A stretch of DNA of 64,000 nt from the NCBI GenBank assembly GCA_965214775.1, contig OZ243974.1, forward strand, positions 2,432,001-2,496,000, given 5' to 3'. How positions within the stretch are numbered: position 1 is the stretch's first letter; each line of letters starts with the position of its first letter. Under the pieces are notes generated by a model. That model was not told the origin of the DNA and searched no databases. It worked only from the letters and a program-made list of their open reading frames with translations. A program made the position numbers and the translations under genes. The stretch is from Nitrosopumilus sp. Its GTDB lineage: Archaea > Thermoproteota > Nitrososphaeria > Nitrososphaerales > Nitrosopumilaceae. Positions 30,246-40,703 of this stretch are shown here, piece after piece.

Positions 30246-31409
30246 TCATCGCATGAATTTTCTGTAAGCCCCGTCAAAAATACCTAGCGCGTCATCGATG
30301 TGCCTGTCGGCAAGCCACGAAGTAACCGATATTCTCAGCCTTGCCTGGTTTTTTGCGACAGTGGGATATCTGATCGGCTGGACAAACAGGCCTTTGTCAA
30401 ACAGGTACCTTCCAAAATTTACGGCAGTTTTTTCATCTCCTACAATTATCGGAATGATGTGTGATTGAGATCCGGTTTCAAACCCCATCTCTGCCAGCCC
30501 TTTTGAGAGCCGGCTTGTGTTTTTTTCCAGTTTCTTTCTTTGCTTTTCAGTGTTCTGCGTGACGCGCCTTAGGGCATGCTCTACGAGAAACGATGGCAGT
30601 GCCGACGTATAGATAAACGACTTTGATTTGTTGATGCATAAATCAATGATGTTGTTTCTGGCAGCGATATACCCTCCAAAAGATCCCAGTCCTTTGCTCA
30701 GGCTGCTCACATACAGATCAATCTTCCCTGAAACCTCAAAGCGGCTGGGAGTCCCTTTTCCGTCCTTTCCCACGACAAAGTCCCCGTGAGCATCGTCTAC
30801 TATTGTAACTGCACCGTGTTTTTCTGAAATGTTTGCAATATGTTTTAGTGGTGAAAAGTCCCCGTCCATGCTAAAAATCCCCTCAGTCACGACAAACCTG
30901 TTTTTTCTGGTTCCCTCTTTTTTTAGCTTCTCCTCCAAATCCGAAACATCGTTGTGCCTGTATACGGTAATTTTTGCACCAGACAGCCTGCATGCCTCAA
31001 TTATGCTTGCATGGTTTAGCTCGTCACTGAAGATGGCATCCCCCTTTTTTGCCACAGTCGAAATGGCGCCAAGGTTTGCCATGTATCCTGTCGGATAAAC
31101 CAGGCTGTTTTGCAGGGATTTGTGTTTGGCAAGGATTTCTTCGAGTTTTTTGTATGACTCGTCGTTTCCCGACACCAGTCTGGAACTTGATTGGAGCTGC
31201 CTGTCTGAAACCATCCTTGTGGGCCGAATTCCCAGGTAGTCATTTGAGCATAAATTCAGTAGTTTTTTGCCATCATCAAATGTAATGAATGCGCCCTGGA
31301 CATCCCCGTATCTTAGATTTCGATGCAGGCTGTCTCTTTTGATCTCTTTTAACTCTGAATCAATAAAATCCAGTTTGTTGTTGTTATGCTTTGAGGCCAA
31401 TCCTCTCAA
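30246..31409 (-). CDS. bioF: 8-amino-7-oxononanoate synthase
   Basis: NLCSNDYLG, SSRLVSG, GYMAN, DELNHASII, VDDAHG, SLSKGLG, IRYPTV. Confidence 0.93.
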   Translation of the reverse strand: MRGLASKHNNNKLDFIDSELKEIKRDSLHRNLRYGDVQGAFITFDDGKKLLNLCSNDYLGIRPTRMVSDRQLQSSSRLVSGNDESYKKLEEILAKHKSLQNSLVYPTGYMANLGAISTVAKKGDAIFSDELNHASIIEACRLSGAKITVYRHNDVSDLEEKLKKEGTRKNRFVVTEGIFSMDGDFSPLKHIANISEKHGAVTIVDDAHGDFVVGKDGKGTPSRFEVSGKIDLYVSSLSKGLGSFGGYIAARNNIIDLCINKSKSFIYTSALPSFLVEHALRRVTQNTEKQRKKLEKNTSRLSKGLAEMGFETGSQSHIIPIIVGDEKTAVNFGRYLFDKGLFVQPIRYPTVAKNQARLRISVTSWLADRHIDDALGIFDGAYRKFMR

Positions 31410-32358
31410 TCATCTGGCGGTCTTTTCTTGCCCCGTTTCCGCCCATTGTCAGGTACCCTTCAGTAATGATTCCGTTTGCCCCGCTTTGCAGCAGTTCCTC
31501 TCCTGCATCGTCCAGTCTTGCCTCCCTTCCCCCTGAAATCTTGATTACCGATTCAGGAAGCAGGAATCGAACCACGCAAAACATCCTGAGAATCTCGGAG
31601 TTTGGCAGCTCTGCCTGAAGCTCCAGCGGGGTTCCAGGCATCGGCACCAATATGTTGATCGTCACCTCTTCGGGATGCAGCCTTCCAAGTTCTAATGCTA
31701 ATTCTAATCGCTGTTCTCTTGTCTCGCCCAGTCCGAGAATTCCGCCGGTGCACAGCTCCAGTCCCGCGTCCCTTGCCGTTGCCAGGGTCTCCAGCCTGTC
31801 CTTGTATGTGTGAGTCGTGCAGATTTCGGGAAACTTTGATTCTGCGGTTTCCAAGTTGTGGTTGTACCTTTTAACCTTGAGCTCTTTGAGTTTTTTTGCC
31901 TGATCTGGCGTCAGAAAGCCCAAGCTGCACTCGACACTGATTCCCACCTTGCCGTTGATCTCCGAGATGATCCTGCAGACCATTTCAAAGTCTTTTGGTG
32001 ACGGCTCCCTCCATGCAGCTACCAGGCAGTACGACTGGGCGCCCTCATCCTTTGCCTTTTGCGCCTTTTTTACGACTTGCTCGGGCTGCGGCAGCTGGTA
32101 TGTCTCAATACCCGTATCAAAAAACGCAGACTGTCCGCAAAACGTACAGTCCTCGCTGCATGCGTTTTTCTTGATGTTGTTTAGCTGCTCGACGTCTACT
32201 ATGTTCCCGTTAAAACCCCGGGTTATCTCATTGGCACATGCTGCCAGATCCCTGAGATCGTCTTCATTGGTGTTTAGCAGCCTTTCGGCTTCATCGGCAT
32301 TGATCCCGATTCCGGAGAAAACCTTTTCCTGACATTCCCTGATAAACCCCAAACTCAA
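31384..32358 (-). CDS. bioB: Biotin synthase (radical SAM)
   Basis: CSEDCTFCGQS, YNHNLET, CTGGILGLGE motifs. Confidence 0.96.
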   Translation of the reverse strand: MSLGFIRECQEKVFSGIGINADEAERLLNTNEDDLRDLAACANEITRGFNGNIVDVEQLNNIKKNACSEDCTFCGQSAFFDTGIETYQLPQPEQVVKKAQKAKDEGAQSYCLVAAWREPSPKDFEMVCRIISEINGKVGISVECSLGFLTPDQAKKLKELKVKRYNHNLETAESKFPEICTTHTYKDRLETLATARDAGLELCTGGILGLGETREQRLELALELGRLHPEEVTINILVPMPGTPLELQAELPNSEILRMFCVVRFLLPESVIKISGGREARLDDAGEELLQSGANGIITEGYLTMGGNGARKDRQMIERIGLKA

Positions 32359-32438
32359 TGAATTGTTTCAAAGCGATCCATTAATAAAATAATTGGAAGG
32401 GCCGTCGCAAAACCGTTGGCATGACATGGGGCCGTCGC

Positions 32439-33761
32439 TCAGACTGCCTGATTTTTTGCAGATTTTATGGTGTTGATGGCCCTCTGAATCAGGGAGTCTA
32501 GTTCCTGCTCTGTTATGGATAACGGGGGTACCAGCATGACTATGTTGCCTAGGGTTCTCAGGTAGATTCCGTTCTTCCTGCCTTCCTCAAAGAAGATTCT
32601 GTTTATTGATCTTTTGGGAGAAATCGGGATCTTTTTCTTTTGGTCCTGCACCAGTTCGATTCCCATAAGCATGCCCTTGTGCCTGACGTCTCCCACATAA
32701 TCAATCCCGGAGATCTCCTCAAAGTATTTCTCAAAGACCCGTGATGTCTTTTGGACTTTTTTTATCAGGTTGTATTTCTTGTACATCTTCAGGTTCTCGT
32801 TTGCAGCTGCTGCAGCAAGGGGGTTTCCGGTGTATGTGTGCCCGTGAAAGAGGTGCCTCTGCTCGCCGAATTCCCCCAGAAAAGAGTCATAGATTTTTTT
32901 GCTTGACAGGGTTGCTGCCATTGTAAGGTATCCGCCTGTCAGCATCTTGCCGTATGCCACGATGTCTGGCGTGCTTTTTTGCTCCTCGTATTGGAACATG
33001 GAGCCCAGCCTTCCAAAACCTGTCGCAACCTCGTCTAAAACAAGCAGCACGCCGTATTTCTTGCACAGCCGGCCTATTTTTTCCTGAAAGCCCTCTGGAT
33101 ATATGACGACTCCTCCTGCAACCTGTGCGCCGCTCTCCATCACAAATGCAGCAACGTTGCCTTTTTTTGCAAACCTTTTTTCGATTTTCTCCAGGCAACT
33201 GCCTTGGTGCTCTTCTATTGACACGCCCTTGGGCAACCTGTATCTGTTGGGGGCTGGAAACCGGATGGTTGGAAATAACTGCCTTTTGAATTTGCCAAAA
33301 AATTCCGGAACGTACCCCACCGACATTGCCCCAAACGTGTCCCCGTGATATCCGTTTTCCAGTGCTGCGATCCCCGTTTTCCCCTTCTCTCCTGCATTCT
33401 TCCAGTACTGTAATGCAAGCTTGACTGCAATCTCCATTGCAGATGAGCCGTTGTCTGAAAAAAATACCCTGTGCATTCCAGGAGAAATCCGAACAAGCGA
33501 TTTTGCCAGCTTTTCTGCAGGCTCGTTTGTCAGGTTGAACATCGACGTATGTTGGGACATCCTGCTCTGATTTATGATTGCCCTGACTAGCTGTGCATTG
33601 GAATGGCCCCACACGTTGCACCACATCGATGCAACTGCATCAATCATTTTGTTGCCCCTGGAATCTGTCAGCCACACCCCTTTTGCCTTGGAAATCCTGC
33701 TAAATTCCTGCCATTCCTTCATCTGGGTGTTGGGGTGCCATACACAACTGGAGTCTTTCAA
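32439..33761 (-). CDS. bioA: Adenosylmethionine-8-amino-7-oxononanoate aminotransferase
   Basis: VWHPNTQM, SDNGSSAME, GYHGDT, DEVATGFGR, GKMLTGG, HGHTYTGNP. Confidence 0.95.
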   Translation of the reverse strand: MKDSSCVWHPNTQMKEWQEFSRISKAKGVWLTDSRGNKMIDAVASMWCNVWGHSNAQLVRAIINQSRMSQHTSMFNLTNEPAEKLAKSLVRISPGMHRVFFSDNGSSAMEIAVKLALQYWKNAGEKGKTGIAALENGYHGDTFGAMSVGYVPEFFGKFKRQLFPTIRFPAPNRYRLPKGVSIEEHQGSCLEKIEKRFAKKGNVAAFVMESGAQVAGGVVIYPEGFQEKIGRLCKKYGVLLVLDEVATGFGRLGSMFQYEEQKSTPDIVAYGKMLTGGYLTMAATLSSKKIYDSFLGEFGEQRHLFHGHTYTGNPLAAAAANENLKMYKKYNLIKKVQKTSRVFEKYFEEISGIDYVGDVRHKGMLMGIELVQDQKKKIPISPKRSINRIFFEEGRKNGIYLRTLGNIVMLVPPLSITEQELDSLIQRAINTIKSAKNQAV

Positions 33762-33835
33762 CTAGCTTGGTGAATCCGACTCTTCTTAAAAATTCAACGA
33801 TAAAGTTAAACAAGCATGACTCCTCAGAGAGTCTG

Positions 33836-34525
33836 TTGAAATCCCTTTTTGTAACCGGCACTGACACTGATGTGGGAAAGACGTATGTTGCAGCAGGTCT
33901 GGCAGTTGCCCTGCGCAAATCCGGCATCGATGTGGGCGTCATGAAGCCCTTTGCGGCAGGAACCGCCCAGAAAAAAGGCTTCAAATCCGAAGACGCCGAG
34001 GTTTTGGCACGCGCCTCTCAAACAAGTGATCCCGAACCCCTTGTAAACCCGCAGTTTTTCCCGGTTCCAGCCTCCCCATACACGGCATGGAAGAACCTGA
34101 AGACAAGGCCCAAAGTCGGCTCAGTTTTGTCAGCATATGAAAAACTTTCAAAACTGCATTCCATGCTGCTGGTGGAGGGCATGGGCGGCATCATGACTCC
34201 GATTCTAAAGAATTATTTTGTCGCCGACCTGATCAAGGACATGAACATTCCCGCGATTCTTGTTGCCGGGACCAGGGTCGGAACCATAAATCATGCGGTA
34301 ATGACTGCCCAAATGTGCCAAAAATACAAGATACCCGCCAAAGGCATCATCATAAACGACTTTGATTCAGGCGGATACAAGGCAAAAGAGCTTGCACGCG
34401 ACCTCAAGAGCCTTACAGGCATGCCTGTTTTGGGCTCCATTCCGTTTATCAGGGACATGGGCGACTCTTCCCTGTACAGGATCTTTAGGAAAAACCTAGA
34501 CATGGGACCGATTTTAAGGCAGTGA
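33836..34525 (+). CDS. bioD: Dethiobiotin synthase
   Basis: FVTGTDTDVGKT, MKP, VEGMGG, GTINH motifs; divergent from bioA. Confidence 0.95.
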   Translation: MKSLFVTGTDTDVGKTYVAAGLAVALRKSGIDVGVMKPFAAGTAQKKGFKSEDAEVLARASQTSDPEPLVNPQFFPVPASPYTAWKNLKTRPKVGSVLSAYEKLSKLHSMLLVEGMGGIMTPILKNYFVADLIKDMNIPAILVAGTRVGTINHAVMTAQMCQKYKIPAKGIIINDFDSGGYKAKELARDLKSLTGMPVLGSIPFIRDMGDSSLYRIFRKNLDMGPILRQ

Positions 34526-34529
34526 TCAA

Positions 34530-35807
34530 ATGGCATTCAAAGACTATCTTCTCCGAAATCTCTGGCTTCAAGTCGTTCTCTCCCTGATTGTGGGGCTTGG
34601 CGTCGGACTGGCCCTTGGGGATGAGGTCGGCATTGATCTGGATGACAACACGCTAGATGCGATGACGTCATACCTCAAAATTCCTGCCAACATATTTCTG
34701 AGTGTGATCATGATGATCATAGTCCCGTTAATCTTTGCATCCATCGTGGTTGCAATAACCAATTTGGGCGCAAAGGAAAAGTTAAAGACGCTTGGATTGG
34801 GAATCGGCGTTTATTTTGTCCTCACTACAACTGTTGCAATACTGATTTCAGTATCTCTTGCATCAGTAATAGCTCCTGGAAGCATTCTGGATCTTACTGC
34901 GCTCCAAGAAACGCACGACCTTTCTGAGGCTGATCTGAAGGTTACAGAGGGCTTTTCACTGGATGATATTCCAAATGCAGTCTCTGAGATTATTCCAAGA
35001 AATCCGATTGCCTCCTATCTTGAGGGGCAGATGCTCAGCATCCTGATAATGGCCGTAATTGTGGGCCTGTCGATGACTGCGCTGCCAAAGGAGTCTGTCA
35101 AGCCGTTGCTGGATCTGCTAGAATCCGTTCAAAAGATTACGCTGTACATCCTGCTTATGGCCATGAAGATCGTGCCCTTTGCCGTTTTTGGTCTGATAGT
35201 CGGAATGGTGGCCAAAGTGGGCGTAGAGACCATGGGCGGGCTGGGAGTCTACATGGGTACGGTGATTCTGGGTCTGGGTGCAATGCTGGGAGTCTACATG
35301 CTGATTCTGAGGCTGGTGGCAAAAAGATCGGTCTCCTCGACATTTTCAAAATTCCGCAATCCGCAGACCCTGGCATTCTCTACGGCAAGCTCCATGGCAA
35401 CCATGCCCGTGACGCTCAAGACTGCCGAGGAGGATCTCAAAGTAGACAGGCGCATATCAAAATTTGTAATTCCAATCGGGACGACTGTAAACATGGACGG
35501 CACTGCCTTGTACCAGGTAATCGCGGTATTCTTTCTGGCACAGCTCTTTGCAATTGAGCTGAGTCTTGTCTCTGTTCTGGTGATTATCATTACGTCTCTT
35601 CTGGCATCCATTGGGACCCCTGCCGTGCCCGGGGCCGGCGTGATCGTGCTGTCTACGATTCTAATTACAGTTGGAATTCCCCCCGTCGGCATCCTGTTGC
35701 TGATTTCTGTGGACAGGATCTTGGATATGATAAGAACAATGGTAAATGTTACGGGGGATCTTACGGCAACATGCGTGTTTGACAAGTTTGCCGGAGAGAA
35801 AAGCTGA
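34530..35807 (+). CDS. Dicarboxylate/amino acid:cation symporter (DAACS, GltP-like)
   Basis: AFSTASSMATMP, GTTVNMDGT, GTPAVPG, DRILDMIRT motifs. Confidence 0.93.
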   Translation: MAFKDYLLRNLWLQVVLSLIVGLGVGLALGDEVGIDLDDNTLDAMTSYLKIPANIFLSVIMMIIVPLIFASIVVAITNLGAKEKLKTLGLGIGVYFVLTTTVAILISVSLASVIAPGSILDLTALQETHDLSEADLKVTEGFSLDDIPNAVSEIIPRNPIASYLEGQMLSILIMAVIVGLSMTALPKESVKPLLDLLESVQKITLYILLMAMKIVPFAVFGLIVGMVAKVGVETMGGLGVYMGTVILGLGAMLGVYMLILRLVAKRSVSSTFSKFRNPQTLAFSTASSMATMPVTLKTAEEDLKVDRRISKFVIPIGTTVNMDGTALYQVIAVFFLAQLFAIELSLVSVLVIIITSLLASIGTPAVPGAGVIVLSTILITVGIPPVGILLLISVDRILDMIRTMVNVTGDLTATCVFDKFAGEKS

Positions 35808-35818
35808 TGGCTTTGTTT

Positions 35819-36373
35819 TTAGATTTTCAAAATTTTGAATTTGCCGCCTCCTGTGACGCTGATGAACTGAGAAATCTCGAAAATTATTCTTGAAAAGGTG
35901 TTATTCTGTTTTTCAAGCACGAATGATCTTCTGTCTGTCTCCATTCTTTCTGACAGTACCAGCCAGACGTTTGTTTTTTCAGGCTGGATCTTATCCAATA
36001 CGGCAAGTTTTCTGCCGATGACCTCTTGGTTTGACGACTTTGGTATGCAGACTATTAATGATTTTTTTGCGTCTTTTTCCAGTGTTCTGATGTCTGGAAT
36101 TACGATGTCTATCTCGTGTCCCTGGTACCTTGTCTTTCTCTGACTGGAAATCAACGAATTTGTAAGCAGATAATGCAGCAATCCTGTTGCAAGCACTCCC
36201 ACTGCCTCGTCCTTTTCCCCCATGGCAAGAATTTCATCATAACAGTTCTCAGTTACGTCTTTGATCACGGCATCAAATCTCTTTTCAGAGACCAGTTGCG
36301 GGATTGTCTCTGATTTTTTTATGTATTCAAACAGGTGATCCCCGACGGAATCTGCCACATCTCTGTCCATCAT
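35819..36373 (-). CDS. Conserved hypothetical protein
   Basis: 184-aa ORF overlapping the HMG-CoA synthase stop; EIDIVIP suggests a nuclease-like fold (weak). Confidence 0.6.
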   Translation of the reverse strand: MMDRDVADSVGDHLFEYIKKSETIPQLVSEKRFDAVIKDVTENCYDEILAMGEKDEAVGVLATGLLHYLLTNSLISSQRKTRYQGHEIDIVIPDIRTLEKDAKKSLIVCIPKSSNQEVIGRKLAVLDKIQPEKTNVWLVLSERMETDRRSFVLEKQNNTFSRIIFEISQFISVTGGGKFKILKI

Positions 36374-37764
36374 TCATTAAAGACATAGCGTCTTTCGCCT
36401 CTGGACTCTGCGTCTGTTTTGACGTGTACCAGTGTAAATTCCTTTGCTGGCTGCAGCATTGATTCGTTTGGAGACAGTTTGTTTTCGTGTAATTTCTCAT
36501 ATTCTTCCCATGTGAGTTTCCGTCTTTTGCCAATCTCCGCTTCCAGATTCATGTTCCTTACAATGTCCCTGTATTTTGGCCGGATAATTCCGCTAAATAC
36601 CATTGCACTGCTTCCGCTGCCATATGATCCGAACCCTACTCTTTTTCCCTCCAAATCGATTCCTTTTTGGAATTCAAACTCCAAACTGCTTCTGAATCCA
36701 AGGTAAAGCGATGCGGTGTACAGGTTTCCAATCATGCTTGATGCGACAAGCGAGCTGGCCATCTTTGACTCATACACTTCTTGATATTCCGGTGTCTTGG
36801 TAAACAGCTTTGTAAATTCATGATCCTGTGCCATGAACTCTTCGTCTCCTAGTACCGATTCTATGGTCCCCCTAGGATCTTTTGGTACCGGCTCTTCCAT
36901 TCCTATCTCTTGCAGAACCCTCTTCCATCTTGGAAGCTGCCTCCACTCATGCCTTACCAAGTATGCCAGTGCCTTCTTTCCCATGTTGCTGTATGGCAGG
37001 TGCATGTTGATATAGTCCATGTGATCAAGAATTGTCTCTCCTGGCTCTATCTTGATTAGTCCTGTGGAGATTACTTGTCTCTTGTATGCCTCCAGCGCTT
37101 TTCTGACTTGAATCATGTATAGCAAATTGGAGTACTGGCCATGTACAATCGGCGTTTCTTTTCCAAACGGCCTGTAAAAGTCATACTCGTCTTTAATTGA
37201 CGTGGATGTCACTTTGGGATCAAATGCCAGCAACCGGGGGTCGTCATTTAAAAGCATCACCACTGCCCCTGCCCCCTGCGTCATCTCGCCACTGGAGCCC
37301 AGGTCATATTTTGCAATGTCTGAGACTACGACAAGGGCGTACTTGCCCTCGGCCTCTCCTGCCCTGATCCAGTTGGTGTTGTCGTATAATGCGTAAGAGC
37401 CGCTGACACAGGCAAACTTTGTCTCGATTCCGCCGCAGTGCTCAAAGGCGCCCTGACCGTATACCTGCTCCAGCATTCCGACAACATACGAGTTCATAGC
37501 TTTTGACTCGTCAAACGACGATTCTGTTGAAACGTACAGTCTTCCGATATCTTCTGGCGACAGCTTGTTTTTCTGCATAATCTTCAGGCATGCATTTGCA
37601 GCAAGGATTGCCGGGTCCTGATTTGCATCAACTATTGCCATTTGGGAGACGCCAAGGCCCTTTTGCAATTTTACCGGATCCAATCCCCTTGCCGCTGCAA
37701 AATCCGTAGCATCTACATATAATCTGGGAATGTCTATTGCAATATCGTCGATTCCGGCTGCCAT
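36370..37764 (-). CDS. Hydroxymethylglutaryl-CoA synthase
   Basis: STES, KFACVSG, SDIAKY, TQGAGA, DFYRP, HLPY, GNLYTAS, SYGSG motifs. Confidence 0.93.
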   Translation of the reverse strand: MAAGIDDIAIDIPRLYVDATDFAAARGLDPVKLQKGLGVSQMAIVDANQDPAILAANACLKIMQKNKLSPEDIGRLYVSTESSFDESKAMNSYVVGMLEQVYGQGAFEHCGGIETKFACVSGSYALYDNTNWIRAGEAEGKYALVVVSDIAKYDLGSSGEMTQGAGAVVMLLNDDPRLLAFDPKVTSTSIKDEYDFYRPFGKETPIVHGQYSNLLYMIQVRKALEAYKRQVISTGLIKIEPGETILDHMDYINMHLPYSNMGKKALAYLVRHEWRQLPRWKRVLQEIGMEEPVPKDPRGTIESVLGDEEFMAQDHEFTKLFTKTPEYQEVYESKMASSLVASSMIGNLYTASLYLGFRSSLEFEFQKGIDLEGKRVGFGSYGSGSSAMVFSGIIRPKYRDIVRNMNLEAEIGKRRKLTWEEYEKLHENKLSPNESMLQPAKEFTLVHVKTDAESRGERRYVFNE

Positions 37765-37866
37765 AAGCCTGCTTCCGGGGTTTTGCTAATAAGGATTGTG
37801 TGTCAATTTCTGTCAGATCCGGGGGAAATTTTTATGATTTTTTGTGCTGTTTTCGGCAAATGATCG

Positions 37867-38580
37867 CTAATTTTTTGATTTTTTGAGTTCACTTTCAAAA
37901 GTTTTTACAAATACCTCGTATGGCTGTGCGCCCACCAGTCTTGTAATGCTGCCGTCAGGGCCAATTACAAAGAATGCAGGCGTGCCTCCTAATTCCAGAC
38001 TCTTGGCATCCTTGTTGCTTGCAAGAATGGTCTGTGAATGAGTGCCTCTTGCCATGCATTCGGACCATTGTTCGACGTCCAATCCTGTCTCTTGGGCAAA
38101 TCTGAGTTGGTTTTCTGATGATGCCCATCCGTTATTTTCTCCGGTCCAGTTTGAGTACAAGGCGTCGTGATATTCCCAAAACAGCCCCTGATCACTTGCA
38201 CAGTGGGCTCCGTGGGAGGAAGTAACCGAATCGGGGCCAATTATGTTGTAATCCTTGAAGATCATCTTGACTTTTCCAGTGTCTACGTAATTTCTAATGA
38301 TTGATTCCTCTGTTGAATGGAAAAAGACGTTACAAAAATGACATTGATAATCTCCAAATTCAACTAGTGTGACTGGCGCATCTGATTTTCCGAGAACAGG
38401 CGAGCCGTTATCCAAAAATGTCATCATGGTGATTTTTGGCAGTCCTGGCTCTTTGATGGATGCAGAAGGTTCCATTTGAAGTTCCTCTTCGTTTGAAATA
38501 TGATCAAGTCCTAGAAAAACTGCAACCAACACAACAGCGGAAATTCCTGCACCGATGGCAACTGATGGCCCGTGAATCAA
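37867..38580 (-). CDS. DsbA-family oxidoreductase
   Basis: EFGDYQCHFC (CxxC), GTPAF; N-terminal TM. Confidence 0.9.
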   Translation of the reverse strand: MIHGPSVAIGAGISAVVLVAVFLGLDHISNEEELQMEPSASIKEPGLPKITMMTFLDNGSPVLGKSDAPVTLVEFGDYQCHFCNVFFHSTEESIIRNYVDTGKVKMIFKDYNIIGPDSVTSSHGAHCASDQGLFWEYHDALYSNWTGENNGWASSENQLRFAQETGLDVEQWSECMARGTHSQTILASNKDAKSLELGGTPAFFVIGPDGSITRLVGAQPYEVFVKTFESELKKSKN

Positions 38581-39060
38581 TGGTTTTCATGTTGCTTTCA
38601 GACATTTAGTCCTTTACAGGAGCAGCTCTGACTCTTAGACTTTATTCGTAATCGCCCGGATCGAAATATCATGTTTACAAGCTGATCATGCATCAGGCTG
38701 GCAGGCAGCGCCTCGCATTGTCCAAAATATTTGATCAAAACTGCAACTATTTTCAGTCGGTTGATTTAGATCCGGGATCCATCCTCGAACAGGAGTGATG
38801 GCAAAATCCGAGACCGTGCTCATACGGCAACTGAGGAAAGAGAATGAGCAGTACAGGCAAAGGCACAGGCAGGAGAAGATTCAGTACAAGAGGGAGGCCA
38901 GGCAGCAAGGGAGGGAGAGTGCACAGTACAAGCAAATGTACGAGCAGGTCTAGGACAAGATAGGGCAGTTAAACCAGAGGCTGGACTTTGAGCGCGGGTT
39001 CTGGCCTGTAACATGGAATGACAAAAGGCGTACCGCAGAGAACGCCGTGTTCATGCACAG

Positions 39061-40227
39061 AGAGTTGATTCGAAATTAGCAAATTTTGATCAAACAGACA
39101 CATAATGTACACCAACCCGATCCAAATACCAGTAAAATGTACAATTCATGAAGTTATTTGATAAATTGTCAAAAAAACCCCCGGACATTCAAGAAGATGT
39201 TTGCCGGCATGACTGCCCCCGAATTTGATTTGTTGTATGCAAAGGTGGCAAAAAAAAAACACCCAAAGATGGACAGAAAGAGGCTGATTTCTGCCAAAAA
39301 AGGCCGCAATCGTGACATCGGTGCAGGACGCCCGACTGCCCTCAGCCTAAAGGAGAGTCTTCTGCTGTCCCTGTTCTACTACAGGACGTACGTCACGCAG
39401 GACGTGGCATCTGCCATGTTCGGAATAGGACAGGCATCAGTCTCGCGCTCGATAGACAGGATTGCGCTGGTTCTCAAAAAGTGTCTGCTCATCCCCGAAA
39501 AGATCTATTCGGGCACCAAGAAAATCTCTTCAGCAGAGGAACTAATGGACGTATTACCGGAACTTGTCTGCCTGACAGATGCCTCAGAACAAAAGATATG
39601 CAGGCCCAAGAGAAAGGACATGGAGAAATCGCACTATTCAGGCAAGGCAGGCACGCACACAGTCAAGGTCCGGTATATCACCAACATCCACGGACTTGGT
39701 ACACAAGACACGCCCCACTCTCCGGGACGCGTAAACGACATCACGATATACCAGATGAGGCATCCCACGTTCCGGTACGACCAAAGAAAGGAGAAAGAGA
39801 AAGAGAAAAAGTGTCCCGGCGGCAGCGGGGATGGTGATGCGCCGCAGCAACAACAAAAGAGCACAAAGCTGCGGCACTACATGGATCGTGGATACCAGGG
39901 AGCACAGTCAGTGGATGCAGACACTGAAGTCATACTCCCTATCAAGAAAAAACCGGGCGGCAAGCTCACCGATGTGCAAAAAGAGTACAATATCACGCAC
40001 TCAAAGATACGCGTGTACGTGGAGAACGCCATACGCAGGGTCAAAACATACAGGATCATGGGCGACCGGTACCGAAACCCACTCAAAAAGTACGATCTTG
40101 CCAACAGTATCATGTGCGGACTGGTCAACGATAGGGCGCCGGCCAGAATCGCTGCTGCGGCCTAATGAGTGGCGGCAGCAGAACGGCTGCAGACGGGGCG
40201 CTCAATTTCTAATTTCGGATCACCTCT
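39061..40227 (+). mobile_element. IS5-family (ISL2-like) element, transposase 39158-40165
   Basis: TIR AGAGTTGATTCGAAATTAG / CTAATTTCGGATCACCTCT, TSD CAG; DASE, YSGK, DRGYQG, RVYVENAI motifs. Confidence 0.9.
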
Positions 40228-40295
40228 CAGGGCACCAGTTGAAGTTTCATAGAACGGAATGTGTTTTTCAGGATCGCACCGTTTTTTGCAGTGCG

Positions 40296-40481
40296 TTACT
40301 TTTCCCCGGCAGTCACAACTATGCTCCTGTTCTTTATTAGAAACTTTAGGCCGTTCGGATCACCCAAGATCTCAAGTATGGGTTTTGGCACGCGACAGGT
40401 CATGCTCTGTGAGCCGTCACGGTTGTTGTTTGCGCTCAAGCTCACATGAAACTCCTTGGCATCTTTCTTCCAGCGCGTCAC
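40296..40481 (-). CDS. Small AbrB/MazE-like DNA-binding protein
   Basis: GTG start; TRWKKDAKEFHVSL...CRVPKPILEILG.P..LKFLI swapped-hairpin pattern; TATA box at ~40503-40512. Confidence 0.65.
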   Translation of the reverse strand: MTRWKKDAKEFHVSLSANNNRDGSQSMTCRVPKPILEILGDPNGLKFLIKNRSIVVTAGEK

Positions 40482-40568
40482 GCATCTATGATGGCACGGC
40501 GTTTTTATAAATCTTAACATGACGGTTAATGACAAGCAATAAATGACCATCATGTTAATGATACGTGT

Positions 40569-40654
40569 GGCAGGATTGCTTAGCAAGGTTAAAGCGACAG
40601 ATTCAGGATCTGTATCTCTCGCCGAGATCGTGGGTTCAAGTCCCACTCCTGCCG
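40569..40654 (+). tRNA. Atypical class II tRNA, anticodon CAG (nominally Leu), discriminator G
   Basis: GGCAGGA/TCCTGCC acceptor, GCTT/AAGC D-stem, ACAGA-TTCAGGA-TCTGT anticodon arm, ATCTC/GAGAT variable arm, GTGGG-TTCAAGT-CCCAC T-arm. Confidence 0.85.
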
Positions 40655-40703
40655 CTATTCTTGGTTGTCTTGGTTCAATATTAACTGTTAGTGGGGGATT
40701 CAC

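Noticed and set aside
40597-40613. Reading the tRNA anticodon as TCA (selenocysteine/opal)
   Set aside because: With the 5-bp stem ACAGA/TCTGT the central triplet of the 7-nt loop is CAG, and the arm lengths are not tRNA-Sec-like.
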